A DNA stretch of 64,000 nucleotides from an uncultured Aliarcobacter sp. (GCA_963677435.1 OY781945.1:1472001-1536000); one strand, 5' to 3'; counted from the first letter of the stretch, positions 47,974 to 57,839 are shown. Notes: generated from the sequence alone by a model not told the origin. Program-made: numbers and translations.

Positions 47974-49224
47974 ATGGTAGAAAAAAACCGTTGGCTAATG
48001 GCCTTAAGTGCTGTTGGTGTTCATATATGTATTGGTTCTGTTTATGCTTGGAGTGTTTATGTAAAACCTATCCAAGCTCAAATGAATTGGGATTTAACAG
48101 ATGTAACTATTGCTTTTAGTGTTGCCATTTTCTTTTTGGGACTCTCAGCTGCGTTAATGGGAAAATTTGTTGAAAAAAATGGTCCAAGAGTTTCTGCAAT
48201 AATTGCAGCTTCACTTTTTGGAATAGGTACTATGGGTTCAGGATTAGCAATAATGATGGAATCAAAATTATTGTTATACTTTTTCTATGGAGTTCTTGGT
48301 GGATGTGGTCTTGGAATTGGTTATATTTCACCAGTATCTACACTTGTAAAATGGTTTCCAGATAAAAGAGGAATGGCAACAGGACTTGCAATCATGGGAT
48401 TTGGATTTGCTTCTGCTATTTGGGGACCAACAATTAAAATTTTAATTGAAGCTGTTGGAATTGCAGGAACATTTTTTATTTTAGGGGCAGTTTATTTCGC
48501 AGTTATGTTCTCTTCTGCTTTATATTTAGAAAAACCACATGATGAGTATTTGCCAAAAAGATTTGAGCAAAAAATCAAAGAGGGCAAAAAGAAAATTAAA
48601 GAAGATTTATCAAATCTAGGTCTAAATGAAGCTGTAAAAACTCCAAGATTTTATGGTCTTTGGATTATGTTATTTATAAATGTAACTTGTGGAATTGCTA
48701 TTATTGGAGTTGCATCTCCTTTATTACAAGAAGTTTTAGGAGTTAGTGCATTAGTTGCTGCAACAGCTGTTGGTCTAATGGGAATCTTTAATGGTGCAGG
48801 AAGAATTATGTGGGCTTCTTTGAGTGATTATTTAACAAGACCAGTTGTTTATGTAATATTTTTCGCAACTCAAGCAGTTGCATTTTATATGTTGCCATCA
48901 ATCAAAGAAATCGTTGTATTCCAAGTTGTTTTATATTTCATTATGACTTGTTACGGTGGAGGATTTGCTTCAATTCCTGCATATATCGGTGATATTTTTG
49001 GAACAAAAGAGCTTGGCGCAATTCATGGATATATTTTAACAGCTTGGGCAGCAGCAGGGCTTGTTGGACCACTAATTATCTCTATGGTAAAAGATGCAAC
49101 TGGTTCATACTCTCAAACACTTTATGTGTTTTCAGGATTTTTTATTATTGCATTTATAGTTTCAATTGCTATGATTATAAACATCAAATCAATTCAAAAG
49201 AAAAAATTTAAACATCATCACTAA
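47974..49224 (+). CDS. OFA family MFS transporter (oxalate/formate or L-lactate type)
   Basis: 'GSVYAWSV', 'KWFPDKRGMATGLAIMGFG', 'CYGGGFASIPAY'. Confidence 0.9.
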   Translation: MVEKNRWLMALSAVGVHICIGSVYAWSVYVKPIQAQMNWDLTDVTIAFSVAIFFLGLSAALMGKFVEKNGPRVSAIIAASLFGIGTMGSGLAIMMESKLLLYFFYGVLGGCGLGIGYISPVSTLVKWFPDKRGMATGLAIMGFGFASAIWGPTIKILIEAVGIAGTFFILGAVYFAVMFSSALYLEKPHDEYLPKRFEQKIKEGKKKIKEDLSNLGLNEAVKTPRFYGLWIMLFINVTCGIAIIGVASPLLQEVLGVSALVAATAVGLMGIFNGAGRIMWASLSDYLTRPVVYVIFFATQAVAFYMLPSIKEIVVFQVVLYFIMTCYGGGFASIPAYIGDIFGTKELGAIHGYILTAWAAAGLVGPLIISMVKDATGSYSQTLYVFSGFFIIAFIVSIAMIINIKSIQKKKFKHHH

Positions 49225-49225
49225 T

Positions 49226-49253
49226 AAAAGAGCAGGGTAAATCCTGCTTTTTA
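49226..49253 (+). terminator. Rho-independent terminator
   Basis: agagcaggg-taaa-tcctgcttttt. Confidence 0.7.
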
Positions 49254-49260
49254 TATTCAT

Positions 49261-49309
49261 TTGACTTTTCTTTTGATTTCTATTATTATTAACTTGTCCA
49301 ATGATTGGA
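49261..49309 (+). promoter_or_regulatory. sigma70 promoter and palindromic operator of the FadR-MFS operon
   Basis: TTGACT (49261), 17 nt, TATTAT (49284); palindrome TCCAAT-G-ATTGGA at 49297-49309. Confidence 0.6.
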
Positions 49310-49334
49310 TGAATTGTAAATATTAGGAAAAATT

Positions 49335-49991
49335 ATGGAAATTAATAAACCAATAAAAGTATCACTACCAAAACAAATATCAATTGAAATAGAAAAAGCT
49401 ATTAAAAAAGGTACTTTTAAAATAGGAGAAAAAATTCCCTCGGAGCCTGATTTAGTAAAAGCCTTTGAAGTTAGCAGAAACACAATTCGTGAAGCAGTTC
49501 AATCTTTAATCCAAGCAGGAGTTTTAGAATCACGACAAGGTGATGGAACTTATGTTCTAGCAACTAGCAGATTTGAAGCAAATATTTTAAATCGTTTAAG
49601 TAATTCAAAAATTTCAGAAGTAGATGAAGTGAGATTTTATTTGGAGAGAGAAATCGTTAAATTAGCAGCTTTGAGAAGAACTCAAAGTGATTTAGTAGAA
49701 ATTAAAAAAGCACTAGAAAATAAGAGTTTAACAAAGGGTTCTTTCAAAGAAAATAGTGAAGCTGACATAGAGTTTCACTTAAGTATCGCAAAAGCTTCCC
49801 ATAACTCTATTTTTTATGATTTATATAAATCTATATCTTCATATATTTGTACTTCAATTGAAGAAAAAATGCAGTTAACTCAAATGGAAGAAGAGTTAAT
49901 CTTCCAATTACATAAAGACCTTTATGAAGCTATTTCTTCCCAAGATAGTAAAAAAGCAGAAGAAGTTATAAATAAAATTTTTGAAATTTAA
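49335..49991 (+). CDS. GntR/FadR family transcriptional regulator
   Basis: 'KIPSEPDLVKAFEVSRNTIREA', 'RQGDGTYV', FCD 'DIEFHLSIAKASHN'. Confidence 0.93.
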   Translation: MEINKPIKVSLPKQISIEIEKAIKKGTFKIGEKIPSEPDLVKAFEVSRNTIREAVQSLIQAGVLESRQGDGTYVLATSRFEANILNRLSNSKISEVDEVRFYLEREIVKLAALRRTQSDLVEIKKALENKSLTKGSFKENSEADIEFHLSIAKASHNSIFYDLYKSISSYICTSIEEKMQLTQMEEELIFQLHKDLYEAISSQDSKKAEEVINKIFEI

Positions 49992-50005
49992 TAAAGGAAT
50001 AGTTT

Positions 50006-51190
50006 ATGAAATTTAACTCTCATTTATTTATGATTTTTTTAGGAATAATTTTTGTTTCATTTAATCTAAGAGCACCTATTACTTCAGTTGGCCCTATAAT
50101 AAATTTGATAAAAGATGAATATCTTTTAAGTAATAGTATGGCGGGATTTATTACAACACTTCCTTTATTGGCTTTTGCTATATTTTCTCCATTTGTTGCA
50201 AAAATGAATCATAAATTCGGACATGGTTTAACAATGTTGGGTGGACTTATTTTAATAATCATAGGAGAGATAGTTCGTTCTTATACAGATGTTTATGGAT
50301 TATTTATAGGTACCATGTTTATTGGACTTGGTATTGCTATTGGTAATGTGTTAATTCCTAGTGTAATTAAACATAAATTTAAGAAAAATGTTGGAAATGT
50401 TATAAGTATGTATATAACAGGTATGTGCATATCTGCTGCTTTTGGAGCAGGAATTAGTATTCCAGCAACTAATGTTTTTGGTTGGAATACCTCATTAGCA
50501 ATGTGGGTAGTTTTAGCTTTTATTGCTTTATTAATATGGCTACCACAACTTAAAAAAAGTGTTGAATATAATAATAGTGATGACTTAGCAATAGAAAAAG
50601 TGATGCAAAGTAAAAACATATGGAAAACACCACTAGCTTGGTGGGTTACTTCATATATGGGAACACAATCTTTATTATTTTATACTTTGATTGCTTGGAT
50701 TCCTTCAATTATAATTTTTAAAGGATTTGATAGTCATTTTGCTGGAATGATGGTATTATTATTTCAATTAGTTGGTTTGCCTGTAACTCTACTTGTACCT
50801 ATAATTGCAAATAAAATTAAACATCAAAAGTTAATTGCAACGATAATTTCTTTAAATTATTTAGCAGGAATGATAATACTTTTATTTACAACATCTTCAT
50901 TTGAAATGATTATTTCTATGGTATTTATTGGAATTGGAACGGGTGGAGCTATAAGTCTTGCAATAGGATTTATTACACTACGAACTCCCCATGCAAAAAA
51001 AGCAGCAGAACTTTCAGGAATGTCCCAATCAGCTGGATATTTATTTGCAGCTGTTGGACCAATTTTATTAGGATATATGTTTGATATTACAAAGTCATGG
51101 ACAAGTTCAATAATAGTTTTAATAGTTGCAATTTTCTTATTAATCTTATTTGGATTAAAAGCTGGAAGAGCTGAAATAATCCATCATTAA
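50006..51190 (+). CDS. CynX/NimT family MFS transporter
   Basis: 'NLRAPITSVGP', 'LSGMSQSAGY'. Confidence 0.9.
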   Translation: MKFNSHLFMIFLGIIFVSFNLRAPITSVGPIINLIKDEYLLSNSMAGFITTLPLLAFAIFSPFVAKMNHKFGHGLTMLGGLILIIIGEIVRSYTDVYGLFIGTMFIGLGIAIGNVLIPSVIKHKFKKNVGNVISMYITGMCISAAFGAGISIPATNVFGWNTSLAMWVVLAFIALLIWLPQLKKSVEYNNSDDLAIEKVMQSKNIWKTPLAWWVTSYMGTQSLLFYTLIAWIPSIIIFKGFDSHFAGMMVLLFQLVGLPVTLLVPIIANKIKHQKLIATIISLNYLAGMIILLFTTSSFEMIISMVFIGIGTGGAISLAIGFITLRTPHAKKAAELSGMSQSAGYLFAAVGPILLGYMFDITKSWTSSIIVLIVAIFLLILFGLKAGRAEIIHH

Positions 51191-51193
51191 TAT

Positions 51194-51883
51194 TTATATT
51201 TTTCTTACATCAACATAAGAGCCTGATTCAAATTCATCTATTCTATTTATTAAATTATCTAGTTTAATTGCTGTTTCTTCAGGCGTTTGAACAAGACCTT
51301 CATTTAATTTTTTTGCAGATGGAAAAATATTTTCATCTAATTCAAATCTTATATAATCAGTCATAGGTGTTTTTATGACTCCAGGTGCAACTGCCAGAAG
51401 TTTTGTATTTGGCATCTCATTTGAATAAAGATTTATTAGCATATTTACTCCTGCCTTTGATAAAGAGTATGAACCCCAACCTTTATATCCAGTTAGTGAA
51501 GCTCCCGAAGAAATAGCTAAAATATTTTTTACTTTTATGCTTTTTAAAATATCAAGGAGTTTTTTGTTTGCATAAACATTTAATTTATATACTTCTTGCA
51601 TTTCACTTGTTGATAACTCATCTAAAACTCTAATTTTCCCCAACATTCCAGCATTTAGGAAAACTGTTTCAATTTGTGAAATATCTTTAATAATTGGGCT
51701 TAAAATCTCTTTTATTTGTGAAAGCTCTGACAAATCAAAAACAATATGAGTGAAGTTTATATTTTCAATATTTGATTTATTTCTACTGATACCATAAACT
51801 TTGAAGCCTTTTTGCAAATAGTAGTTAGATAAAGCTAGTCCAAGACCAGAACTGCAACCTGTGATTAAAATATTTTTTTCCAT
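51194..51883 (-). CDS. Short-chain dehydrogenase/reductase
   Basis: 'ITGCSSGLG', 'NAG', 'YSLSK', 'APGVIKTPM'. Confidence 0.9.
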   Translation of the reverse strand: MEKNILITGCSSGLGLALSNYYLQKGFKVYGISRNKSNIENINFTHIVFDLSELSQIKEILSPIIKDISQIETVFLNAGMLGKIRVLDELSTSEMQEVYKLNVYANKKLLDILKSIKVKNILAISSGASLTGYKGWGSYSLSKAGVNMLINLYSNEMPNTKLLAVAPGVIKTPMTDYIRFELDENIFPSAKKLNEGLVQTPEETAIKLDNLINRIDEFESGSYVDVRKI

Positions 51884-52713
51884 TAGGCTTTCCTTATATT
51901 AAATATTGATTTTACAAAAGAGTAGAGTAGGAATAAAAAGATTATAGGTAAAAGTATAGTTTGGAAAATAAAAACTATGATTAAATCAATAATATATTGA
52001 CTTGAATTATCAACTGCATCTTTGTATTCATTAACCTTTTTTTCATAATAACTGCTGTCAAATTTCTCCATAACTTTATTGAAAAAAGAGCTATCTTCTT
52101 TTTGAGTTATTGTATCTTGATTTATTTTACTAACATCATCTTTTACTTTTAAAATATCCTGATTTAACTCTTCTATATTGTATTGAGGTTTTACAAAATA
52201 GTTATAAGAAACTTCGTTTACATAACCAATCATTGGAATTGCAAATCTTAAAAACAAAAGTATAAAAGTGATTTTGAAAAACAGATCTCTTAATCTTTCA
52301 TCATTTGCAAAACGCTTAAAAAGCCAAATATTAAAAACTATAATAAAAGCAAATAAAATGTAGTTATAAATATCATTTGTCACAAAATTTAGCAAGATTT
52401 TTTGAATACCAAGGGAAACCATACTTGCTAACATCACAAGGGAAAATTGCTCAACTAAATCATTTATAGGATCAAGTATTTCTCCCACTGCTACTATTAC
52501 AAAAGGCAGATTTAACTCCGTTCCTTGAGCTAATGAAATCACAGCATTTAAAGCTTTTGCACTTCCAAATACAATAACAGATTGTTTGAATGAATCATCA
52601 ACAAGTCTTTTTGCATTGTCATCAATAGTAAAAGTCAAAGCAAAACAAAGAGCGAAGAGAGTAAAAGCAACTAATAAAAGTTTATTCCAGTTTTTTATAA
52701 TAAATGTTTTCAT
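51883..52713 (-). CDS. Hypothetical membrane protein
   Basis: 'KALNAVISLAQGTE', 'GEILDPINDLVEQFS'; several TMs; TAATG-coupled to the SDR. Confidence 0.8.
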   Translation of the reverse strand: MKTFIIKNWNKLLLVAFTLFALCFALTFTIDDNAKRLVDDSFKQSVIVFGSAKALNAVISLAQGTELNLPFVIVAVGEILDPINDLVEQFSLVMLASMVSLGIQKILLNFVTNDIYNYILFAFIIVFNIWLFKRFANDERLRDLFFKITFILLFLRFAIPMIGYVNEVSYNYFVKPQYNIEELNQDILKVKDDVSKINQDTITQKEDSSFFNKVMEKFDSSYYEKKVNEYKDAVDNSSQYIIDLIIVFIFQTILLPIIFLFLLYSFVKSIFNIRKA

Positions 52714-52793
52714 AGATTGATTATAGCAGATTATTTTTATAGGTTTTTTACTTAGATTTGAAATTAAGTTATACTAAACAAAAAGGATTTATT

Positions 52794-52946
52794 ATGGAAA
52801 TAGTAACTTTTTTAATTTATATAGTGATGTTTGTAATAGCATTTATTTTAAGTTTCGTAAGTGTCAGATATTTTATAACTATGTGGAAATTTAAAAATAG
52901 AAAAAAAGACGGAAGTGAAGATGATAATTTTAAGAGGTTTGATTAG
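52794..52946 (+). CDS. Small single-TM protein
   Basis: AAGGA RBS, ATG 52794, one hydrophobic helix then basic tail. Confidence 0.6.
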   Translation: MEIVTFLIYIVMFVIAFILSFVSVRYFITMWKFKNRKKDGSEDDNFKRFD

Positions 52947-52952
52947 ATTATT

Positions 52953-53717
52953 CTAATCTTTTTTATCAATAATCAGAAATCTATCATGACTATTTTTGAA
53001 CTCTTTTAATTCTATATTTTTATATTGTGTTTGATATTTTTGAAAATCAAGTTTTAGCTGTTTTGTAATAGTGTGAGTATAAATTTTAACTTTAATATTT
53101 GCATATTTACTAAAAAGTGTTAATACAGTTTCATCAATATAATTGCCAAGTAGGATTATTTCATCTTTTGCAGTTTTTAGTAAATCATTTATAAAGATGT
53201 AAGCCTCGAAAATCTCTCCATTGTAAAATATTCCTTGTTTTGGTTTTATTGTTTTGTCTTCTAAAGCTTCAAAAAGTTTGTCAAAATGTTCATCATGAAT
53301 AGTTAATCTTTGTTCTATTCTTTCAAATCGTTCAAACATTGATAGATTTGATGATATAAGATTTCTCATATTTGCAAAAGTTTTTATAATATAAACTGTA
53401 ATTTGAGAAGCAACTTTACTTTTTAAAATAGTTGCCAACATATAAATACCTTGCTCTGTGAAAACTTTTGGATTTATCCTTACTTTAGCAAAATTTGCGG
53501 TCAAATCTTTTGACCGCAAATTCTAAAATTCAACATTTGTTAGCTCAAAATAAAAATCTTCCATAAATTTATCTTGATTATTTCTCACTGCTTGATTTAT
53601 ATGTTTTGTCTCAACTCCATAAAGCTCCGCTAAGTCTTTGTCTAACATAACTTGAAGATTTCGTATAGTATAGATTTTATCTTTTATATTGTTTTCATTG
53701 ATTATTAACTCTTGCAT
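52953..53717 (-). pseudogene. ORF6N-domain DNA-binding protein gene with in-frame TAG and apparently truncated C-terminus
   Basis: The two track ORFs are in the same frame: '...FYFELTNVEF*NLRSKDLTANF...PKVFTEQGIYMLATILKS'; ORF6N motif 'QVMLDKDLAELYGVETKHINQAVRNN'; ends abruptly at 'HDRFLIIDKKD*'. Confidence 0.85.
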
Positions 53718-53719
53718 TT

Positions 53720-54613
53720 TTATCTAAGTAAATTATCTGTTAAATACCATAAATTTAAAGTATCTTTTATTCCCATTTCTACACCTTTTATATTTGGAAA
53801 AACTGTTGTTGAATTAATTCCTATTTTTTCACAGAAATAATATGCTTCAACAATTTCACTTATGGGTAATGTGATTTTTAGTAAAGGTGTTTCTGGTAAA
53901 GATGAAAATATTTTTTCTAGTCCTTCGACCAAAAAGCTACTATTTCTATAACCATTATGTGTATGAACAGTAAACAAACCCTTTTGAGCAGATAAATGAA
54001 TAGTAGAACTTTTTGGGACTTCTAACACTTTTAAATCATATAAATTTCTATATTCTAAATTCAATACCCATATTGCAATTTTTTCATTTTTAATATTTTG
54101 ATTTTCTTCTAAAAGTTTTATATATCTTTCCAATGCGGATGATACAGCAAAATAAAGTCCTATATAAGGTGATTCTGTCCAATCTAATAATCTTGTAGGA
54201 ACACTATGATGTTGAGCAATTGCCATTAATTCTAAAAGCTCTTCATTTGCCCATAAAGATGGATTTTTTATATATTTGTCAATATTATTTGTATCAAGAT
54301 TTTTTTCTCTAAAAATGACTGAATCATTAGGTACTTTAATACCTAAATTATCACAATATTCAACAAATTTTTTTAAAATACTCAATTCATTATAGACTTG
54401 AAAATCTGCTGTTGCATCACTTTTTAATATTTTCATAAGTTGATTACTACTGCTCTTTCTTAATACAGAAGGAATTAGTCCCCAAGTTGAATCTGCTTGT
54501 CCTCGATAAATTAATTTATTGGGTTCTTCAAATAATTCATTAGTAGGACTTAATAAATTCCATAATTCAGTTGCTGTTTCACAATGTTTTTCTTCAAAAG
54601 CTTTATGATTCAT
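53720..54613 (-). CDS. FRG domain protein
   Basis: 'IYRGQADSTWGLIPS', 'AQHHSVPTRLLDWTESPYIGLYFA', 'AQKGLFT'; ATG 54613 lies 7 nt after GGAGA. Confidence 0.9.
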   Translation of the reverse strand: MNHKAFEEKHCETATELWNLLSPTNELFEEPNKLIYRGQADSTWGLIPSVLRKSSSNQLMKILKSDATADFQVYNELSILKKFVEYCDNLGIKVPNDSVIFREKNLDTNNIDKYIKNPSLWANEELLELMAIAQHHSVPTRLLDWTESPYIGLYFAVSSALERYIKLLEENQNIKNEKIAIWVLNLEYRNLYDLKVLEVPKSSTIHLSAQKGLFTVHTHNGYRNSSFLVEGLEKIFSSLPETPLLKITLPISEIVEAYYFCEKIGINSTTVFPNIKGVEMGIKDTLNLWYLTDNLLR

Positions 54614-54711
54614 CAACAATTCTCCATAATTTTAATCTCATACTTCTTCATTTTATTTGCATCTTCTTTTAGTTTAAAAATTAATGCGAAACTTTTGTAC
54701 TTTTCATTCAT
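54613..54711 (-). CDS. 32-aa ORF coupled to the FRG gene (leader or gene remnant)
   Basis: AAGGAG RBS; MNEKYKSFALIFKLKEDANKMKKYEIKIMENC*; TGA overlaps FRG ATG (TGATG). Confidence 0.45.
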   Translation of the reverse strand: MNEKYKSFALIFKLKEDANKMKKYEIKIMENC

Positions 54712-54941
54712 AAAGAACTCCTTTTTTATTTTTGTAAATTATACATCATAAAAAAAAGGTCATTTTTCAAAAAATTTGATGACAATTTTATTTAATACGA
54801 AACTGAAACTTGTTTCAGGCAAGAGTTGCAGAAAAGAAAAAGGTGTCATTACCTTTTCTCTATCATGAGGATAGTTATTTAAATCCATAATAATTTATTC
54901 TACCTAAATGACATAAAAACAACTTAATGCTATCATTGCAC

Positions 54942-55421
54942 ATGAAATCAAAAAGAGTATTAAAAAAAGAGTTCTTTATAACTCTATTTATCAAACAAAA
55001 CAAATGGCACAGATTTGGTGTATTAGTTCACACTTTAGCAGTTGTAGTACAGGTTTTAAAAGCAAAAGAATATAAGATGATTCCTGCTGCATTTTTACAT
55101 GATATTGGAAAACCTTATGTTGCTTTTCAAGATGAAAAGGACAAAATTACAAAAGAGTATTCATTTCATAATCACGAAGAGATGAGTTATCACATCATTA
55201 AAAACTGGAAAGTTTCAGAATATACAAAAAAGTTAGTCCGTTATCACTATCTTTTTAGAGGTATGCAAAAAGCAAAAGAAAAAAATCACTTAGCTAGATA
55301 TCATCGTATGAAAAGAAGTTTTGATAGTTTAGATGAAGAGTTTATTTCTGATTTAAGACTTTTTATGAAATTGGATGATTTAGGAAAGATAAGTTTTTTC
55401 AAAACTAAAGATAATATGTAA
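54942..55421 (+). CDS. HD domain protein
   Basis: 'WHRFGVLVHT', 'AFLHDIGKP', 'FHNHEE', 'VRYHY'. Confidence 0.85.
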   Translation: MKSKRVLKKEFFITLFIKQNKWHRFGVLVHTLAVVVQVLKAKEYKMIPAAFLHDIGKPYVAFQDEKDKITKEYSFHNHEEMSYHIIKNWKVSEYTKKLVRYHYLFRGMQKAKEKNHLARYHRMKRSFDSLDEEFISDLRLFMKLDDLGKISFFKTKDNM

Positions 55422-55478
55422 TCTATTTAAATTTTTTTTGGCTATAATCTAAGCTATTATAGAAATAGAAGAGAAACC

Positions 55479-56609
55479 TTGCAATTTACAATAAACGAAA
55501 AAATAAAACAACTAAATATAGAAGATATAAAAGAGAATCTTTTCCATTACTCATACGATAGCAAAAGCTTAAAAGCTTTAGTAAAAAATAATACATCAAA
55601 AGAAGATATTTCATATATATCAGCATATAGCAGCTTCAAAGGTGAAGTTTACGAAAACATAGTTTATGAACTTTTACTTCAATATACTCTTACCCAAGAT
55701 GAAATCACAAGATTTGTACTAAAAGGGCCTTATCAAGATAAAGAAAACCTTTACATTAAAAGTGGACTTTTAATAGATAGAAGCTCTCAAATAGTTTATA
55801 AATCAGCTTACAAAGATATTAGTGAGTTTGATGCTATGTTCTTTACAAAAGATAGTGTTTACTTTGTAGAGATGAGTACTTCAAAAAAAACTTCAAGTTT
55901 AAATAAAAGACTTACAAAAAAATACGCTCTATTAAAAATGATTTTTCCAACTTTAATAATCAAAGCATTAATAGTTGTAACTGTTGGTTCAACTGGACTT
56001 AAAAACTTCCCTGAATATGCAACTATTTGGATTACAAATGATTTAGAAGATGAAGAGTTAATCGAAAAAATCATTTTTGCTAAAAAAGTAAAAAATGATG
56101 TTCAGACTCTAAAAGCTCCAAGAAATTCTAAATATATAGAAGCTTACAAAGTAAAATATAAGAAGTTTCAATATTTTCCTACTTTAGAGTGGATTTTAAA
56201 TAAATCAAGGGAAAATCCAAAATTTCCTGTGGATTTAAAATTCTTTTCTTCACCAAAACTAGGCCTTTATTTTGATATTTTTACTAAACTTTATATTGGA
56301 TTTATAAATACAGATGAGTTTTTAGTTTTATATCCTGAATTTGAACTAAAAATTAGATTTGATAGAATAATTGTTACTATTGAAAAAGTAAATCAAACTC
56401 AACTTGATATTGTTTATTATGCAAAAGAGACAAATGGAAAACTAAAAAGAGTAAGACTTGAAGAGAATGGTATTTCAATAAAAGATAAAGAACTAGATGG
56501 TTTTACAAATGCTGAAGTTAGATTTTTCATGAAAATACTTGAAGATAAACACCATTTAAGTGTAGAAAATATAAACCATATTTTAAATAATATTTCTTTA
56601 ATTAAGTGA
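55479..56609 (+). CDS. Hypothetical protein with PD-(D/E)XK nuclease-like N-terminal half
   Basis: 'KGEVYENIVYE...EFDAMFFTKDSVYFVEMSTSK'; fold call tentative. Confidence 0.6.
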   Translation: MQFTINEKIKQLNIEDIKENLFHYSYDSKSLKALVKNNTSKEDISYISAYSSFKGEVYENIVYELLLQYTLTQDEITRFVLKGPYQDKENLYIKSGLLIDRSSQIVYKSAYKDISEFDAMFFTKDSVYFVEMSTSKKTSSLNKRLTKKYALLKMIFPTLIIKALIVVTVGSTGLKNFPEYATIWITNDLEDEELIEKIIFAKKVKNDVQTLKAPRNSKYIEAYKVKYKKFQYFPTLEWILNKSRENPKFPVDLKFFSSPKLGLYFDIFTKLYIGFINTDEFLVLYPEFELKIRFDRIIVTIEKVNQTQLDIVYYAKETNGKLKRVRLEENGISIKDKELDGFTNAEVRFFMKILEDKHHLSVENINHILNNISLIK

Positions 56610-56666
56610 AAACTTTATCTAGACTTATGCTATAATATCGCTCAAAATTTAAAAAGGACAAAAAAA

Positions 56667-56732
56667 ATGAACTCAAATGACTCCTATTATAGGCGTACTT
56701 TAAACTTTTCTCTCATGGGGTATTCAAAATGA
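56667..56732 (+). CDS. 21-aa leader peptide upstream of the CNNM gene
   Basis: Extended -10 TGCTATAAT at 56628-56636, AAGGA RBS, MNSNDSYYRRTLNFSLMGYSK*; TGA overlaps the CNNM ATG (ATGA). Confidence 0.6.
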   Translation: MNSNDSYYRRTLNFSLMGYSK

Positions 56733-57817
56733 CCCTTCTTCTTACTTATCTCTCAATAGCGTTACTAATTTCTTTCATGTGCTCTGTTTTAGAAGCTGTT
56801 TTATTATCTAGTACTTCTACTTATATAGAAACATTGTCAAAAAATGGTGATAGCTTAAAAGCTGTTAGATTATTAAAAGAGTTAAAATCAAATATAGATA
56901 AACCAATATCTTCAATTTTAACACTTAATACTTTTGCTCATACAATGGGAGCAGCAGGTGTTGGTGCACAAGCTCAAATATTATTTGGGGATGAATGGCA
57001 AACTGCTATTGCTTTTATTTTAACTTTATTGATTCTTTATGTATCTGAAATAATTCCAAAAACAATTGGTGCTATTTATTGGAAAGGTTTATTAATTCCA
57101 TCAGCTTATATAATTTCATTTATGATTAAAATTACATATCCTTTGGTTTGGTTTTCAAGTCTTATAACAAACTATATTTCAAAAGGTAGAAAAGATGAAA
57201 TAAACTTTTCAAGAGATGAAATTATGGCAGTTGTTACACTAAGTGAAAAAGAGGGTTCAATTCATTCAAAAGAGAGTGTTTTAATTGAAAACCTTTTCAA
57301 ATTAAAAAACATTAAAACAAAAGAGATAATGACTCCTCGAAGTGTAGTGTTTGCACTTAATGAAAATGTAACAGTAGAAGAAGCTATTGAAAATGATAAA
57401 ATGTATATTCACTCAAGAATTCCAATTTATAATGAATCAATAGATGATATAGTAGGAATAGTTTTCAATCAAACTATATTAGAAGAAAGTGTTGAAGAAC
57501 GAGATAATACAATATTACGAGATATTACAGTTCCAGTTCATAAAATTTCAGAGAATGTACCAGTTTCTTTGTTAATAGATTTATTTGTAAAAAGAAAAAC
57601 ACACCTATTTATTGTTCATGATAATTATGGACAAACAAGTGGAGTTGTAACTTTAGAAGATGCTATTGAGACTCTATTAGGAGTTGAGATAGTTGATGAA
57701 ATGGATGAAGTTGAAGATATGCAAGCTTTTGCAAAAGACAAAAATAAACAATTCCAAGATAAATTATTAGTAGAAAAAAAGAGACTACAAAAATTAGATT
57801 TGTCTAAACAAATCTAA
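56729..57817 (+). CDS. CNNM (DUF21)-CBS domain protein (CorB/MpfA-like Mg2+ transporter family)
   Basis: 'SFMCSVLEAVLLS', 'ILTLNTFAHTMGAAGVG', 'SEIIPKT', 'MTPR', 'SRIPIY', 'GVVTLED'. Confidence 0.92.
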   Translation: MTLLLTYLSIALLISFMCSVLEAVLLSSTSTYIETLSKNGDSLKAVRLLKELKSNIDKPISSILTLNTFAHTMGAAGVGAQAQILFGDEWQTAIAFILTLLILYVSEIIPKTIGAIYWKGLLIPSAYIISFMIKITYPLVWFSSLITNYISKGRKDEINFSRDEIMAVVTLSEKEGSIHSKESVLIENLFKLKNIKTKEIMTPRSVVFALNENVTVEEAIENDKMYIHSRIPIYNESIDDIVGIVFNQTILEESVEERDNTILRDITVPVHKISENVPVSLLIDLFVKRKTHLFIVHDNYGQTSGVVTLEDAIETLLGVEIVDEMDEVEDMQAFAKDKNKQFQDKLLVEKKRLQKLDLSKQI

Positions 57818-57839
57818 TCTATTTTTTAATCAAAAAGAG

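Noticed and set aside
53523..53525. Pyrrolysine or programmed TAG readthrough in ORF6N
   Set aside because: No pyl genes in the window, other genes here end normally at TAG, and the gene is also truncated at its 3' end.
56676..56690. AATGACTCCTA resembles the 3' end of a fluoride riboswitch
   Set aside because: The required 5' GGxGATGGAGT segment is absent between the promoter and this site; the uORF explains the region better.
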